From NCBI GenBank assembly GCA_950097015.1, contig CATNEN010000038.1, positions 31,124,001 to 31,188,000 of the forward strand: a stretch of DNA of 64,000 nucleotides, read 5' to 3'. Positions 46,401-61,400 of the stretch are shown one piece after another. Position numbers and translations under genes: made by a program. This stretch comes from Macrostomum hystrix (lineage: Eukaryota > Animalia > Platyhelminthes). The notes under the pieces were generated by a model, which worked only from the letters and a program-made list of their open reading frames with translations, was not told where the DNA came from and ran no database searches. How positions within the stretch are numbered: position 1 is the first letter of the stretch; each line of letters opens with the position of its first letter.

Positions 46401-49400
46401 CTGCCTTTGCCAGTGCACCAGGCTGCCTTGGCTCTTTTTTGAATCGTCGTCAAACAGGCGAAAAGCGCGCCGCAGACCCGGCGCAGAGATCAGGCCGCCA
46501 GCCATTGCGGAGAGCGGATCCAGCACCGGCAGTGCGGCAGCGAACAACTGCAAGCGATATCGCCGATTTTGCCCAGTGCGCACAGACTGAGCCACGCGGC
46601 CGAAGAGCATCAGAGCCGACTCGCCCTCCGCAGCCAGACCAGGTCCTACTTGAACAGCAATGGCCTGGCCCTCCTCTAGCGTCCAGTGTGGAATGCTGAC
46701 ATTCACTTTCAAGAGATCTACCAGGTTGGCATGAGTGATGCCTGATGCTGACGAGTTGCGAAGCTTCAGAGCCTGCTCTTCGAAATTCGGATTCCTAAGA
46801 GCAACCCGCTTTAGTCCCAGACGCTCTATAGCCACCGGAGGAGTTGCGTCCAGGATGATTCCCGGACTGATGATCGTCTCTGAGGTCCGATTGGCTGCAT
46901 CGAAAGCTCTCACTCGATGGAAGTACTCCTGACCGTGTCGCCAGGAGCCCTCCACAATGGCACTCTGTTGGAAGTCAACGTTTCTCCATTCTAAAACATC
47001 GCAAGCTCCTCTCTCGCGACTCGAAGAAACGCAGGTCTCGTATGAGCGAATGTAGGATTCTCGATCGAAGAAGCCTTGCCAGCTGCTTGATAGTTTCTTA
47101 AAGTCCTTTGAATATCGTGCATTCGTCAAACCTAGAAGTTAAATTGTGCCAAGTATGGTAGAAAAAAAATCCTATCCTTCTGAGGCTTACTAACATGCGA
47201 GCTATTTTTGTGAAAGAAAGAATTTTCAGCATTTTGGTGATTTATTTGCTATAACTTACTCATCTGGTTGTAGGCAACGCCAGCCTGTGGGGATTCCAAG
47301 TCAACTACAAATCCGTCAGACGAAACTGATGTAGTCAATCCGTTCTCATCAACAGCTGTCACCGTGGAAAAGTAGCGACGTCCAGGCCGCAGGTTTAATT
47401 CTTCAAAGCGGTGAGCAGTCTTATTGGAAGACACAACTGTGTCAGCCACGTCGTTCATGCCTGGCTCGCTGCCAAGAGATACGCGGTAAGAAAGAGCGGG
47501 TGCCTCTTTTGAAGTGAAAAACTTGTTCCTCCAACCGATGACAGCTATGTCGGCTCTATTCACGAAATCAGTGTCCCTCCTGCTATTGAGAGTAAGGAGA
47601 TCCTTCACACCAGCGCCGAGCCGTGTGTAAACTGAGGGCGGCTTTGAATTTACCGTTACTCCATGCGAGTGAAAGATAACATAGGTGCTCACGTCAAACC
47701 AGGCGCGCAAAAACACCCTATAGGCCACGTGTTCATTCAGGCGCCTGCTAGCCGTGATGTTCACTGCTGCTTGCGTTCGCAGCCCGACGTCGAGCCAGAC
47801 GCGTTCGTGCGCCGAGTCCAGTAAGCCCCGCGGCTCGTCGAACTCCGCTAGACCGACACTCACCTCGTAGCGAATCGGTGGTCGACCGGTTGTTTTCCGT
47901 ATACGCCACGCTGCCGCAAGCATCGACCGCGTCGGGGTCGTCTTTACACCGAATCTCGGCAGGGTCGCGTTGTTTTTTTCAAAGCTTACAATGTCCAGCA
48001 CTTCAACGTCGTGGTCTACGCTATCCGCCGGCTTGACAGGTCGACAGGCACTCGAGCTGTCGGGCCGACAGACCTGATGCTGAGGCGCGCAGGTGCAGTG
48101 CCCAATACAGGTTGAAGCTCCAGGGCAGCGGCGCTGCAGCCACAGACTCCCAGTGTCGAGTACTGTCAGGGTCGCGTGGACAGGTTGGCTGTACAAACCC
48201 GCCTAAAGTTAGTTTTATAAGCTCCGAGCTGAGTAAAACATTTTGCTCTTCCTCTTTTACGTGTTGATGCAAGCAGGGTGTTTTTACCTTGTTAATTGCC
48301 ACTAAGTGAACGAAGAATGACATGCCAGCTAAGAGGCTCTGTTTCAGCTCGAATGTCGCCGTTTGCAGAGGACCTTCCTGTGCATCCGAAGCTTTAAGAT
48401 TTACAGTATTTACGCTTGGTTCTTCCACAATTTCCGCATAGACATCAGGGACTTGCTGCAGCTGACCGATTTCAGTCGAGTGCTTAACTTCTACTTCCTA
48501 GGATCATAAAACAAAGCGTGGTAGTACTGGATTCTTGTGTATAATTTGCCCGTGCATTTATTGTATTTTAAATAACTAATTCCCACTTTATTAGATTACT
48601 CACTGAGAGCAGCTCTGATCCAAACCATGACGTGCCTATATAAAGACTGTATCTATCAATGTCCGAATGAGGATCTTGAAAGCCGAGCCAGCTAAGGTTG
48701 ACCTCGTTTTGCTTCCAGGATAACCCGTCCTCTATGTGCCAGCCCAGTTTCACAGCGGAGTCGGTGGCAACAGCCAAGTGGCCAGTCACAGGTGGGGAAG
48801 TGTCCACCGCCACAGCCACAGACTGGCGAATGCAGATGCCTGCTCTGTTGCACGAAACCAGGTGCACTGTGTAGTTGCCACCGTCTTTCAGGTCCAAATC
48901 GTGAAATGTGAAGTTGGTTAGCAGACCGGGAATCTAAATGCGGTGGGCGTTTTTACCATTGTTAATGGAAAACCTAAAAATACTGGAAGAACCTGGCTAA
49001 CCTTTACTGGCTCAAAAGTAATTCTTCCAGTGGCATGATAGGACATGGAGATCCAGTGATTCTTTATGCTGCTCTCACTGTCGGAGACGTTCCACATCAC
49101 CGTCACTACGTCGTCTAGAATGAGCCAGTCTGGCTCCAGCTGGCCAAACACGTTGCTGACTTCCAAGGCGGCGTCAATCTCTGGTGGCGAATCATCAATT
49201 AAGAATGCACTCGATTCGCTTAGTGTTGAAAGTCCTAAATTTTTTTAGAATGGCTTTAACTTTCATTATCGCCTTGCCTACTGTCATGTTTTAATAACCA
49301 GATTATAACGGCGTTTACCTGCATTATTAACTGTCTCAACCAACACTTTCAGCCATGTCTGCTCCGGTAGCTGCAGTCGGCAGCTGAGAAAGTCAGTCTC

Positions 49401-52400
49401 GGCCATGGCAGTCCAATTAATTTTGTCGGGCGACGAGGCGTTTAAGCTTGCAATGCCCCACCGGTAAAACGCTATACCCGATTCAGGGTCACTGAACCCG
49501 TACAGGGAAAATTCGAACACCTCACTGTAAAGTGCAGTGATATTCAGTTGGTGACTTACACGAAGCCCAAAGTTGTAGTTAATACTAGTCTTACAGAACA
49601 TTTAAACGGACAAATTAAACATTCAACATAGCTTGCTGTACCTCGGAGGCAGAAACTCTTTGTGATCATCAGAGGAACCAACTAAAACTGTGCCAGCCAA
49701 CGGTGGTGTCACATCTATAATGACACCGTCGGAGGACACTTCGGAGCAAAGATCTGCAGCATTGCAGCCGCGGACAGTAAGGAAGTATCGTTGACCCGTC
49801 TGGAGGTCCAAGTGGTCGATGCTGAAGTCTGTTTTTGGAGAAAATGCAATAATTTTGTTATAAGTCGGGCTAAACGTGATAAATTAAGGCAGAAACGAAT
49901 TTATGAAATCTGAGCTTCAAGCTAGATTTTAGCTCAGTTGTTAGATCTTCGTCAGAGTAATATCAGAGCAATATCAGAGTAATAGACCTTTTATTAGTTT
50001 ACTACTTAAGTAGTACTTGGTTCGAATCTCAGCCAAAGCGAAAAATCGTGTCCTTTAATAATACACTTAATTCCAGATGCTTTTTGAACAATTAGTACCG
50101 GCATCAGCTCGGGGTCGAAGTTTAGGTGGGTGTTGTGGCCCCCAGTCTATGGAGTGAACAGCCGTACGCAGACTTAATAGCTTTAAAAAAGTTCCATCTT
50201 TTTTTCTGTAAGAATGTTCAAAAAATTATTTCTTATAATGTTTTCTTATAACCGATTGCACCGGCCCCAACTGGGCTAGATGTGCAACCGATAGCACAGC
50301 CGCAGCTACTTCGCCGCGAATCTAAAGGCTGCTGTTCAGTCCATGGACTAAGGGGGTGCCGCACCCACCCCCAATTACACCAGCTGATGCTGGTAGCCAT
50401 TGAACAACTGGGTGAACTGAAGCGATGCAGATCGTAAAGTGTCTTGCTAAAGGACACATTGTTTTATTTAAGTCGGGAAACGAACCCCCGACTTTCAAGT
50501 CCTGAGTCCGACGCTCTAACCCGTTGGGTAACGACGCCAATATATATTCTCAAAAAATCTAATAAATTATACAAAGGTGCGTACTTTTTATCTACGAGAA
50601 TGTCAATACTTGAGTTTAATTCTATTTCGGACTAACACAGTACAGTCTGGTCTGCATGCATGGACTCACTTTGACGCGCCCCAACTTGCAGAAATGGCAT
50701 CAAATCCTGGCATTGTCGGCAGGAGCCTACAGCGACCCAGAAGTCAGTCACGGGACTATGAGGATCGTGAAAGTCGCTCCAGCTGGCGGCCAGGCCTCCA
50801 TCGACACTGAATCGATAGTTGCAGTCCCATGCGCCGAGTTCCACAGCTCTAGCCGGGTCCAAGTCCAGCACCTCGCCGCCAAGCGGGGGGCTTCGATCCA
50901 CCAGAATCGGCGCCGAATGATCATCAGAGATGAGGCCGGCAAAGTTTTCCGCTCGCAGCAGCACCCAGTAGTGATGTCCGTCGCGCAGCGATAATAGTTC
51001 CTCGGAGCTCCAGAAGTGGCACGCGTCCGGTGACTCGACAAAAGGCACAGCGTCCGGACGATCGGGCGAGGAGCCCAGCGCTACCCAATAGCGTCGAACC
51101 CCGGCAACGTCATCAATGAATCTGCCATTCCAGCACACCTCTTGGCCAATGTTGTGAGCGGAGATAGATCGATGCCGACCTCCGAATGTGATCAGGGCGC
51201 TGGGATTAACTCTGGGTGGGTGCAGGACAACCCGGAATGAGCGCGGCTGAGAGAAAACTACTCGACCAATGAAATCGGTTCCTGCAGGTGGAATCGGGTC
51301 AACTTTAGAAGTCCTTTCTCCAATAATGTACGAGCTATGCGGATGCTTGTGGAACTGTTATAGAACGCGATTTAACGTCAAACTTACATTTAGTTTGATG
51401 AAATGGAATCAATATTCAAATGGAATCAAATGGAATATGGGTTCGTCATACAGAGGTTTATACAGAGCAACATTAGCTGTCCTCGTCACCAGGGACTTTA
51501 ACAAAAACTGTTGAAAATCTCGATGATGCTGACCTGGACGGCTTTGAAAGTTAGCCCATCATAAAAAGTGGAAAATTTTTATCCATATGATGGACTTTCG
51601 CGAAAATCGGTCATTCGGTTTTTGGGCTATATTGGAGTTTTCAGTGGGTTTTTGAAATACGATCCTGTTCTTTCTCCAGTGAGAAAAATCTCGTAGTACT
51701 TGTACTGTTAAAAAAAATAAATTACGAGCTAATTATAGCTTCAATATTCAGAGGTCAATTCGATGTGCTTGAAGTGATATTCGAAGCGAAACATTTCTGT
51801 TCCAAAAGCCATTTATTCGTAAAATCCAAAAGATCGGTAAAAAGGACTTACCTTTCACAGACACGAAGTACATGTGTCCTTCTTGCAGTTTGCCAGCGAG
51901 TCCAGTCAGTTGGACATTTTGAACGTCGCCGACGCTGCTCCAGCTGATGACGTCGCAACCGGATGCAAAGGAGCCGAGGCAGTAGGCGTAATCGCTGATC
52001 TCGGTCACGTGGGGCAGATCCCCCCAGGACTGTCCGTTTGTCGCGAAGCCGGACCATTCGATTAGAATATCTGACAGTGAAGTCTATGAAATGAAGTGGA
52101 GTTGTGATAATTTGTATAGCTTACGATTGAAATGTAAGTTTCAGTTGGTATTTCTAGACTATTGTCATTTTTTACCTACTATGCCTAGAAATTTATACAT
52201 TTGTAAGGGCTTCTAGCCTATTTGTGAGAGCGTCGGACTCACAATTTGAAGGTCAGTGGTTCGATTTCCGACTTCACTGGAACAATTTATATCCTTTAGC
52301 AAGACACTTAACCATGCATTGCTTCAGTTCACCCAGCTGTTGACTTGGTACCAGCATCAGCTAGGGTAATTGAGGGTGGGTGTGGCGTCCGTCAAGTCCA

Positions 52401-55400
52401 TGGACTGAACAGCCGTACGCAGCCTTCATATCTAGACCAGCTGCGGCTGTGCTGTCGGCTGCACATCTCAGTTGGGCCCACGTATAGTCAATTATTATTA
52501 TTACTATTATAATTATGCCTTGCACTATTGGGCAAGATGTGCTGTACGCGCTGCCTGTGGTAGAGAAGCTTTCTGCTTAAGGAGACAAATTTATTTCCTT
52601 TGGCTGAGATTCGAACTCCAGACCTCTCGCTCAGAAGCCCAAGGATCTAACCGCTAGTCTAAAAGCTTTTTAATGACTATGGTATTCAGGGTTTTCAATG
52701 TGTCCCGCACCACCATCTGATCCTCATAACGACCGTTGAGGGCGATTCGACCTTGCCCAGCAGCTTCTCCCAGCACCGTCACTCCGTCGGTGCACTCAGA
52801 GAACTCGGGCAGTAGCTGTGTGAACTTCTCGAATTGCAGCAGGGTCTCATTGACGTGAATGCACAGGTGATATCGGCGGCCCAGCTGCAAGCGCAGGTCC
52901 TGTGGCACGTTCACGAATTCGTCGTTTGTAAATCCGCCAGCGACTGCGTCAGCGTGGCTGCCCGGACTTTGAGGCGGCTCCAGAAGGACTCTATCATAGT
53001 AGCCTGAGCCTCCGGTTCCTCCGGCGCTGGCCAAGAGGGCCCACTCGTATCGCTGGCAGAGACAGGGTTGGGAGATGATGACTAGCCTTCAACTCTAAAC
53101 TCTAATTACTTCCCCCTTCTCTCTGTGTTTGTTTACGCTCTTGTTGTACTTTCTTCTCCTTCTCTCTATCAGTTGAACTTCTTAGTTAGCCCTCACTTCT
53201 CTTTGCTCTCCCTCATCTCTGATTGGCTAGCTGCTCGTCTCTCTTTCCTCACACTCTCCTTTTCAGTTCTTACCCTCTGGCCCGTCCCTACTCGTGTTAT
53301 CCTTCTGCCCCCTCCTTACGAGCTTATATCTTGGCTAAAATATTTGATTATTGGCCTAGAGGCTTCGGCCAGCCATTTTCGGTTCATTCAGTGCCGTATT
53401 GACAGGCTCTTTCTGCTAAAACAATTTTTTAGAACTCGCTGCAATTCAAAAATTCATCGCTTATGCATACGCCTCAGTCGACTCACCGTATATCGCAGTT
53501 CAGGCCACACCGCGGCAAGCTGTGCACTAGCATTGACGTAGTCTACATCCTGTAAGGTCCACGATTCGTGCTTGCCCAGTGACACAGGCCCCAAAGCATC
53601 CATCAATATGGGATCGTTGATTAGCTTGGGATCGTAGGCGCTACAGTCTCTAAGTTGGCGCCTGTCAACCACAGCTAGGCCGGCCCTATTGAGGCACTTC
53701 ACAGCAAAGTGTAGACATTTTGTGGAACGCAGCGGCCATGACAGTTTTATAGAGATTGTCTGCACAAAATGTTAATTAAGTGTTGAAAAATCGATTAATC
53801 AGAAATCGCTCTTGTGCATCCGCATCGAGTTACCTTAAATCCAGTGCCACCTGGTTCGAAATCTAAATCAGTCCAGTTTAAAATGTTTGCGCCGTTGTGC
53901 TGCAATGACCACTGGTAATGACTGATAGCGTCGCTTACTGGCTTCGGCCATTGTTTGAAGTCCTCAATGGTGAGGTTCACCTGTATAAGTAGTTTATTAT
54001 GTATTTCAGGACAGAATGAATTAGTAGGACTAACTAGATCTTAATTACGCACCGTCTGATTGTCGGAAGCGAGATTAACGCGCCAGTTGCTCGGTCTCGG
54101 TGCCGTGTGCAGCACAACAAATTCAGGTGTAGCCTCCGCTTGTGAGCACACTCTGTCGCTGCACAGCTTCACTAGTGATCTATAGGTGCTGCCATCAATC
54201 AAATGCAAATTAGTGAGAATGATGCTTTCATTTGTGAAGGCCACACGTTTGAAGCTTTCGATGGTTCTCCAGTCTGCAACTTTTTTGAGTCAATAAGCGA
54301 GTCAAAACTCAAATAGAAAAATGTATATTGTACCAGTCGTACAACGTCAACTTCATACTGTCTGTTAATTTCATCTGTAGAGACCAATAAGCTGTGTGAA
54401 ACAGCACATCAAGTGGAGACTCTGGCTTCCTCCACCTCACACTCAGCGTGGATATCGAGCTTTGAAAGTCCCGTCCTTGACCTGGTTTTGTCCCGTTGGC
54501 AAATGGTGGCAGCAAATTAAGCGGTAGCAAGTTCAGCCTGGCACTGTGGGATTCAACAGTGACACCACTGGAGACAGCCGACACGCTGCCCAACGAGCTT
54601 GTGGCGGTGACTCTGGTGAAGTAGGTCTGCAGGATTTTTTGGGAATCATAAGACACGGCAGTGTCTTCTGCACACGATAGTGCGAGTAATGTACTCGCCA
54701 TATAGAATTGTTTGCCTTGCATGAATGAATTAATAATAAAAATAATTACCAAGTGATTACACTTGTTAAAATTGGGCTAAATTTCTAGCCGACAGCACAG
54801 CCGCAGCTATTGCGCGGCGGATCTGAAGGTTGTGTACGACTATTCAGTCCATGGACTGGTGGAACGCACCACCCAACCTAAATTACCCAAGCTGATGCTG
54901 GTGCCCATTTAACAGCTGGGTAAAGTGAATCAATACAGGTTTAAGTGTCTTGCTAAAGGACACAAAGTGTTTTGTAGACTCGCGAATCGAACCCCCGTTT
55001 TGAAATGAATGAAAGGGAGGTGATGAATGTCGCGCACCTTAAGCACATCCAATTTGAGTCCATAGAATTGATATCGTCTCTGCTCTCGTGGCAGTGATGC
55101 ACTTGCTGCAATGATACCGCCCTGTTCATTAAGTACGAACACTTGAAAGCTGTCGGCGTATTGAAAGCCAAACCACCGAGACCTCAGCGAGTCGTCCCTC
55201 AGTTGGTAGCGAATGTCGTGTGGAACCTGCACATATAAGAGGCGAAGTATGAATCGCAATCATTCAGTAACAATAAGCTTAAACATCTCATCGAAATAAT
55301 CTAGCGTGGAAATGTGACTGTCTCACTCCAAACATGCTCTCCGGATCAACGACTGGGTCTTCATCAGCCACAATGCCTCCAGTTGGCAATCGGTTTGTGT

Positions 55401-58400
55401 GCGTTATCGGCTCAGCAAAGACTGTGGTACTCAGGCGGGCTCCATTAGTGCCGCGAACTGAGACATAATAGGTGTGCCCTCCAATCAGATACCAGTCCAG
55501 ACCTCGCAGCGGCAGTGCAGCGCAGGTGATGGCTGAGGCATCGGTATGGTTGCATTCAGGTGTCGATGCTGCAGCTGGTCTGTATGCCACAATGTCAGCT
55601 GAATTGTCGCGACTTCCTGGAGTGCAATTGAAAGCTAAGTATATCGTATCGCATAGTGTCTAAAGCGAATAGTTTAATTACTATTTGTGGCTACCAAGTT
55701 TAAACAGAGAGTGGAAGTTTTGTGTTAAGCCCTTTAGGTCGATTCGCAACCTATGCACTTTTGGATTTAGGAGGCCGCCACACTGATCCCGATTTCTATC
55801 TCAGCTGCGAACTAAAGCAGTGGGACAGTTGTCGGTTTCAAGGACACAAATGAGTTCTACTTGAGTTCTATGAGATTTGAGCTCCTAACCTCTTAGTCAA
55901 GCGTTCGAAGCTTTGACCATTGGGCAACAAGCTCCGTTGTTAAAAACGTCTATCAGTAGGGCTTACAGTAGAAGGACCATTTTTCAAATACCACAATTTA
56001 GTTAAATTAGTTTTTTCTGTATCTTCTAAAATACGAGTGTTATATTAAAGATAATATAATATTTAATTTTGCAACAAAAACTCGCACCAACTCCAATCTC
56101 GAACGCCAAGCTGTCGGATTCTGGATCTCGAAAGTCACCCTCGCTCCATGCGATCAGCAGAAGCTGACCGTCTGTGCGAGCCCGTAGGCGGCCCGAAAAT
56201 CTCGGCGGGCTGGTGTCCACGGTGACTGGACCGAGAGTCTGAAATTAAAGGATTTGGTACCGGTTTCACAATGTCCACTGCGCATGGTGATGTATTTTAG
56301 TCATTATCTGAGCAAATCTGAGCAATATATGAGCCTCACTAAACTGTCGGTCAGTCCTGCCCGATTCACAGCCGTGACTGTCACAAACAGCCTTCGCCCA
56401 TCCTCCAATGGTAGGTTTCTTAGTGACTCACTCGAGCGCTTAGTGATAAACGGGCCCGCTAGTGTTGCCGCCTCACTACTCGGGCCGTCGGTGAGTACGA
56501 TGGAGCTGTGTCGAATCCCAGACACTGAGTCTGCAGCTTCCCAGGTCAGGTCAAGCTGCATGTTAAAGGTAATTGGGTGCTAATTAGTCTAAAGATCGAA
56601 AACTTAAACTCATACTTAGCGTAACATACGTATGTAGCTACTCATTGTAGAAAAAATCAGTAGAAATGTTTGTCGTGCAGTGTACGACTTTTTGGGCTAC
56701 CTTCTTCAAGGAGCAGTGAGTGTAGTACACTACCTGAAGATTAGCAATGAGCAATTCAGAGAAGCCTGCGTGAGTATGTGTCTGTGTACAGTATATATTT
56801 GCCTATAAGTACGAGCGTAAGGGCGTACGAGCGTACGAAAGCATTCCGTACGAGTCTGCGGAATGGCCAGAATTGCCTCCTCGCTGGCTGCGGGTCTACT
56901 GTCACCAAGTGATGTGCCAGTACCCACACCCCTTAAGCGAAAATTATAACGTAGCTAAAAAACTGTCAAGAAGCAAATAACGATACTATTGATAACACAC
57001 CACTTCAGCATATTTAATCTGACTGCTCTAACTTTCGTGGCTCAATGCACAACCAATGCAATGCATGACAGGAGTTTTTAGTGCAAAAAATTGTCTAATC
57101 GTGTCACTGAAATCGCAACAGGGACTTTGAATCTGTTCTCAGCATAATTAGCAGATCCTTGCGCTGAAAAAACTTAACGGCTCAAACTGTGACAGCCCCT
57201 GGACGCTCTGGATTCTTATCTTAAAATTGCACTCCATTATACAGTTCTGTAGAAAGTCGAAGCGTCAGAAATAGTCTGAAAACGTGGTTTCCACAGCCAA
57301 AACTCTAATGCCAGCTATGCCGATCCCTCCACAACTCACTGAGTTGTCTGACACCAAGTAGAACGCAGTCCCGGCTGGTCCAATATCTTCGCAATCTGCG
57401 TCTTCGTAGGTCTGAATTACAGACAGGTTGAACTTGCTCAGATCGAAGGCCAGCAGGTTGCTGTCTGGCGTCAGTGTTGCCCGGGCTCTGTTGATGTTCA
57501 TCACAAAGTTGGCGACCCTTGCTTGCACTTTGAATTCATCGGTCACACAGGCCTCAGAAGTTCGATGCCCATAATATCAAAGTATTCTAGTATGCCAATA
57601 AAGTTCAAAGTATCCCAGCCCATGGAGCTCTGAATCTAGAAACTGGAGACACAACTCCCCGCCAAACCCCCATTTTCCGAACCAGTATGGGCTGACTGGC
57701 TGTCCTTAAAATACACTGGGCAGATAGGAAATCCAGTTTCTAGATTCAGGGCTCCATACCCCAGCTCTAAAAATCAAACCTGCAGGTGGCATTGTCGTTG
57801 CGTAGTGCGCGACGTCGTCCATTCCCGGTCAGGTACCAAAGTTCGTTAGTTTTTGCGTCCAATAGAAGACCCGGTCGCACCCGGAGACTAGCAATGCCGA
57901 GCTGCCCAATGCTAGGCTTCTTGTCTGTGACAAGAACACCGTCTGAACAGACTGCAGCCGAGGGTTCCATTGCGTTGTTGTAGGCGACCACGGTGAAATA
58001 GTAGCGCCCAGTCCCAGGGGCCTCCCAGCTGGCTTCGAGGTCTTTTGTCTCCAGCCTGAGCTGTGCCTCTGCCTGGCAGGTGGTACTGAAGCCGTACCTG
58101 AACATCCGGATGCCACTCTCGGGGTCAAAGAATCCGCTCCAATGCGCTCGGAGTAGACGGTCATTTTGGAAGTCGACTTCCTCGTCGGATTCGGGCGGGC
58201 CATCAAACGCGTGACCCGGATGCGGTGCGGACAAGTCGATGCTGATCTTCACGATGCTGCTGATAGTCAGCAGGGCGCTATTGGTGACAGTGAGCTTGAC
58301 AAACAAGTCATGATTGTGCTCCGAATTGGCGCTCGTGTTGGGCGAGGCGGAAAAGAATGCGTTAAAGCAGCCAGTGACAGCAGTGCAATAGCACATTTCC

Positions 58401-61400
58401 GGTCGAATCGATGCATTTGTGCAGCTCTAAAAATGGATTTCGGCATTGCTGTCTGTCATAAAATGCTATATAATATTTTCACTTGAACAAATAGTTTTGA
58501 TTGAAAGGTTTTTACCTCTCGGCTATCAAAGTTTTGTCTTCCCACGTACTGGGAGTGAAGCAGAACTACGGGATCGGTGTAGTTGTCAAAGATCTCCCAT
58601 TTTATTGTGTACAAACCACTGTGCGTGTCTGACGATGTCCACTGCGCTCTGTAATGATTGAGCCTCCCGATTGACTCATAGCAGAAGTGCTTGAAAAAAG
58701 AGCTAGAGAAACAGTGAGACAGACCTGAGACTGTGCAAATCACGACTGTGATGCACCACAAGTCCATCGACTCCTCGGTTGACCAAGCTTAAGCGGCCCA
58801 GCTCGGCCGGTGTGGAGTCGAAGTGCACAACAAAACTGTTCACCTGGCTGCTGCCCATCACATCTTGGGCGCGCACCCACAGTTTCGCCGACTCACCGTC
58901 GCGCCAGTCGATTCGAAAGTTCTGCACCTGCGCGTGAATGTCAGCGATCGGTAGCCACCTCTCTGTATCGGGGCTTAGTAGACTTCGTCCGCCATTGGAA
59001 TCGACACCGTACTGAACCGAAAAGTGAACAATACTGTGGACATTGTCAATCGCGTGAACACTACGTGGTCCAGTTGTCTGGTCGTAGCCTCTATTATACA
59101 GCTCCGGCAACTGTATGATTGGAAAAAGGAAGCCGTTTCTCGAATGCAGTTCGTTGATAAAGTTGTCTGTCCAGCGAAAGATGACATTGTCAAAACGATT
59201 CTGCAGCCACCAGTGATTGTCGTTGAATATGCTGTTGTCAACTCTCAGTGGATATCGGGCGTCACGAATGCTAACGGTCGAAGCGTTGTCGTAGATGAAG
59301 AAGCGCCTGGCACGCTGAATGTTTTTAATTTCGTTTTTCACAGCGTCTCGCACTGTTATTATTACAGAATAGACTGCAGGCGTATCTGGTGGCAGGTCAA
59401 ACTGGCAAGAGAAGATAAAAGTGCTGAATAGCCATATGATGATATTCCAATAAACCCTTACTGATAACAATTCTCACAGTGACACTGTACTGCCGGTTCC
59501 CGCCATTTCGACGCTGATCCTCGGAAACGCCCGTGAGTTCGACAGTCTGACGTGCGGGAGCAGCGCCGTGGTGGTTCTCGTTCAGGCGATCGCCGACCCG
59601 ATACATCGGCATTACCTCAACTTCGTAGCTGCGAACGCCGGAGTGATCGTCTCGCCAACCAGCGAAAGTTGCCGTCACATTGTTCTGAGCATTGATTTAT
59701 ATAATTAGCGGTAAGGAAGACCGAGCTATTTTCCCCCTGGGGAAAGACCACGGGGCATTTTTACGAGTCGTACAATCAACTTCACGATAGCTCCCCAACC
59801 GAACAAAATCACGAAGGAATTTCGCGACATTCCACCATCTTAGTTAAATTTTCCGCCCTTGTTAATCAATTAATTTTCAAAGCCGTCCGAGTCAGCATCG
59901 TCGAGATATTCAGCGATTCTTGTCGGAGACCCTGGCGACAAAGAAGAAATGAAAAAGTGAACTATGTAATCAACCCAAAATAGTCAAAAATTATAGCCGA
60001 CATGGTTGCATAACAAAATTTTGTGATGAGAAAAGTTATGCCGATATTGGTTGTTTTCGCCACCAGACACCCCGACGAGAATCGTTGAATATCTCGACGA
60101 TGTCGATGTTTCGTGATTCTGGAAGCCGTGCCAACGAAAATAGTAGAAACTTTTAGTCCGTGTTCAATTGATTTTCATGGCAATTGGTTGAATATTTTCG
60201 GAGATACAGAAAAATGTCTCGATGACTCGTGAGGCAAAGCCTGCTAAGTCGAGTTTCGTCTAATGTACGCTCGTATGTATACAAACAAAAAATCTGGTAT
60301 GAAAGATGCAATTAACCGCCCAGTCACTAATTCGTACCTGGCGCGTGAATGAAACACTCAAACGAAGCATATCCTGGTCGAACGCATGCCTGCACACCCG
60401 GCCACCTTCGGCTGGTCCAGCCAGTGTGCAGTGATAAGGAGCGCCGAAGTCGAACACGAATATGCCCACCTGCGTGAAGGCCTGGCCAGTCAGGTAGCGC
60501 TTCGATCTGGCCCCGTGAGAGTCCAGATTGGCCACAGTCACGTGACCTCCATTGTGAGCAGTGTAGGCGTAGCGGAGCGAGTGTCCCGAACGCAGCTCCC
60601 AGCCAGTTGGTGGCAGCTGCCTCAGCTGGCCAACGAAAGCCTGTTCGGCGAGCTTCGGCGAGTCCTGAGACAAGCCATTGGCGTCAAATGGGCCAAGGGA
60701 TTGGGCAGGGTACGTAGCTGAAAGACAATCAATCACAATCAGCTTCATTGTTTCCTTTTGCCTGCCCGTCGGAAATTAAAATGTATGGCACGCCATTGTT
60801 GTAATTACCGTGCCCCGAAAGTGTGAAGGTGAAGTACTCTCGTATCAAGCCAATTCTATAACCATCAGGCGGTATGAAATGCTGTCTTGCGCCTGGACTT
60901 GTGATTTCCGGATTAAATTTTCCAGTGACAGTCCACTCCAGCTCCAGCTTTTTGTTCAGACCTAAAATTTTGTTGTTTATTTATTACGTGTAATATTGTG
61001 CTGATTGTTGCCTAAAATCGTTAAATATAATATTTGTTGAACCTGGCTTGGCATTTATGTAGTCAACCGAGTTCTGCATCCTATGGAAGTCGACAATGGC
61101 TTCGTTCTTTGACGCTAAAAAAGCAATAAAAGCTCCATATAAACCGAAAATATGTCAGCAACTCTTTTATATAATGTAAATCTGCGCGAAAAGATACGCA
61201 CAATTTCCATCAGCGGGAAGCCGCATTGTCATGGTGGCAGTCAGCACTTTCGGAGGCGATGTAACTGCAATTTAGAATCAACAAAATACGCTTACTAAAT
61301 GCACACAGCTTAACGTCAGGACTTTTGGACGAATAAGTCAGGAAACATTATAATTAAACCGGCGAATTGATGAATTTCGGTACAATTTGTGGTGTTGGTT

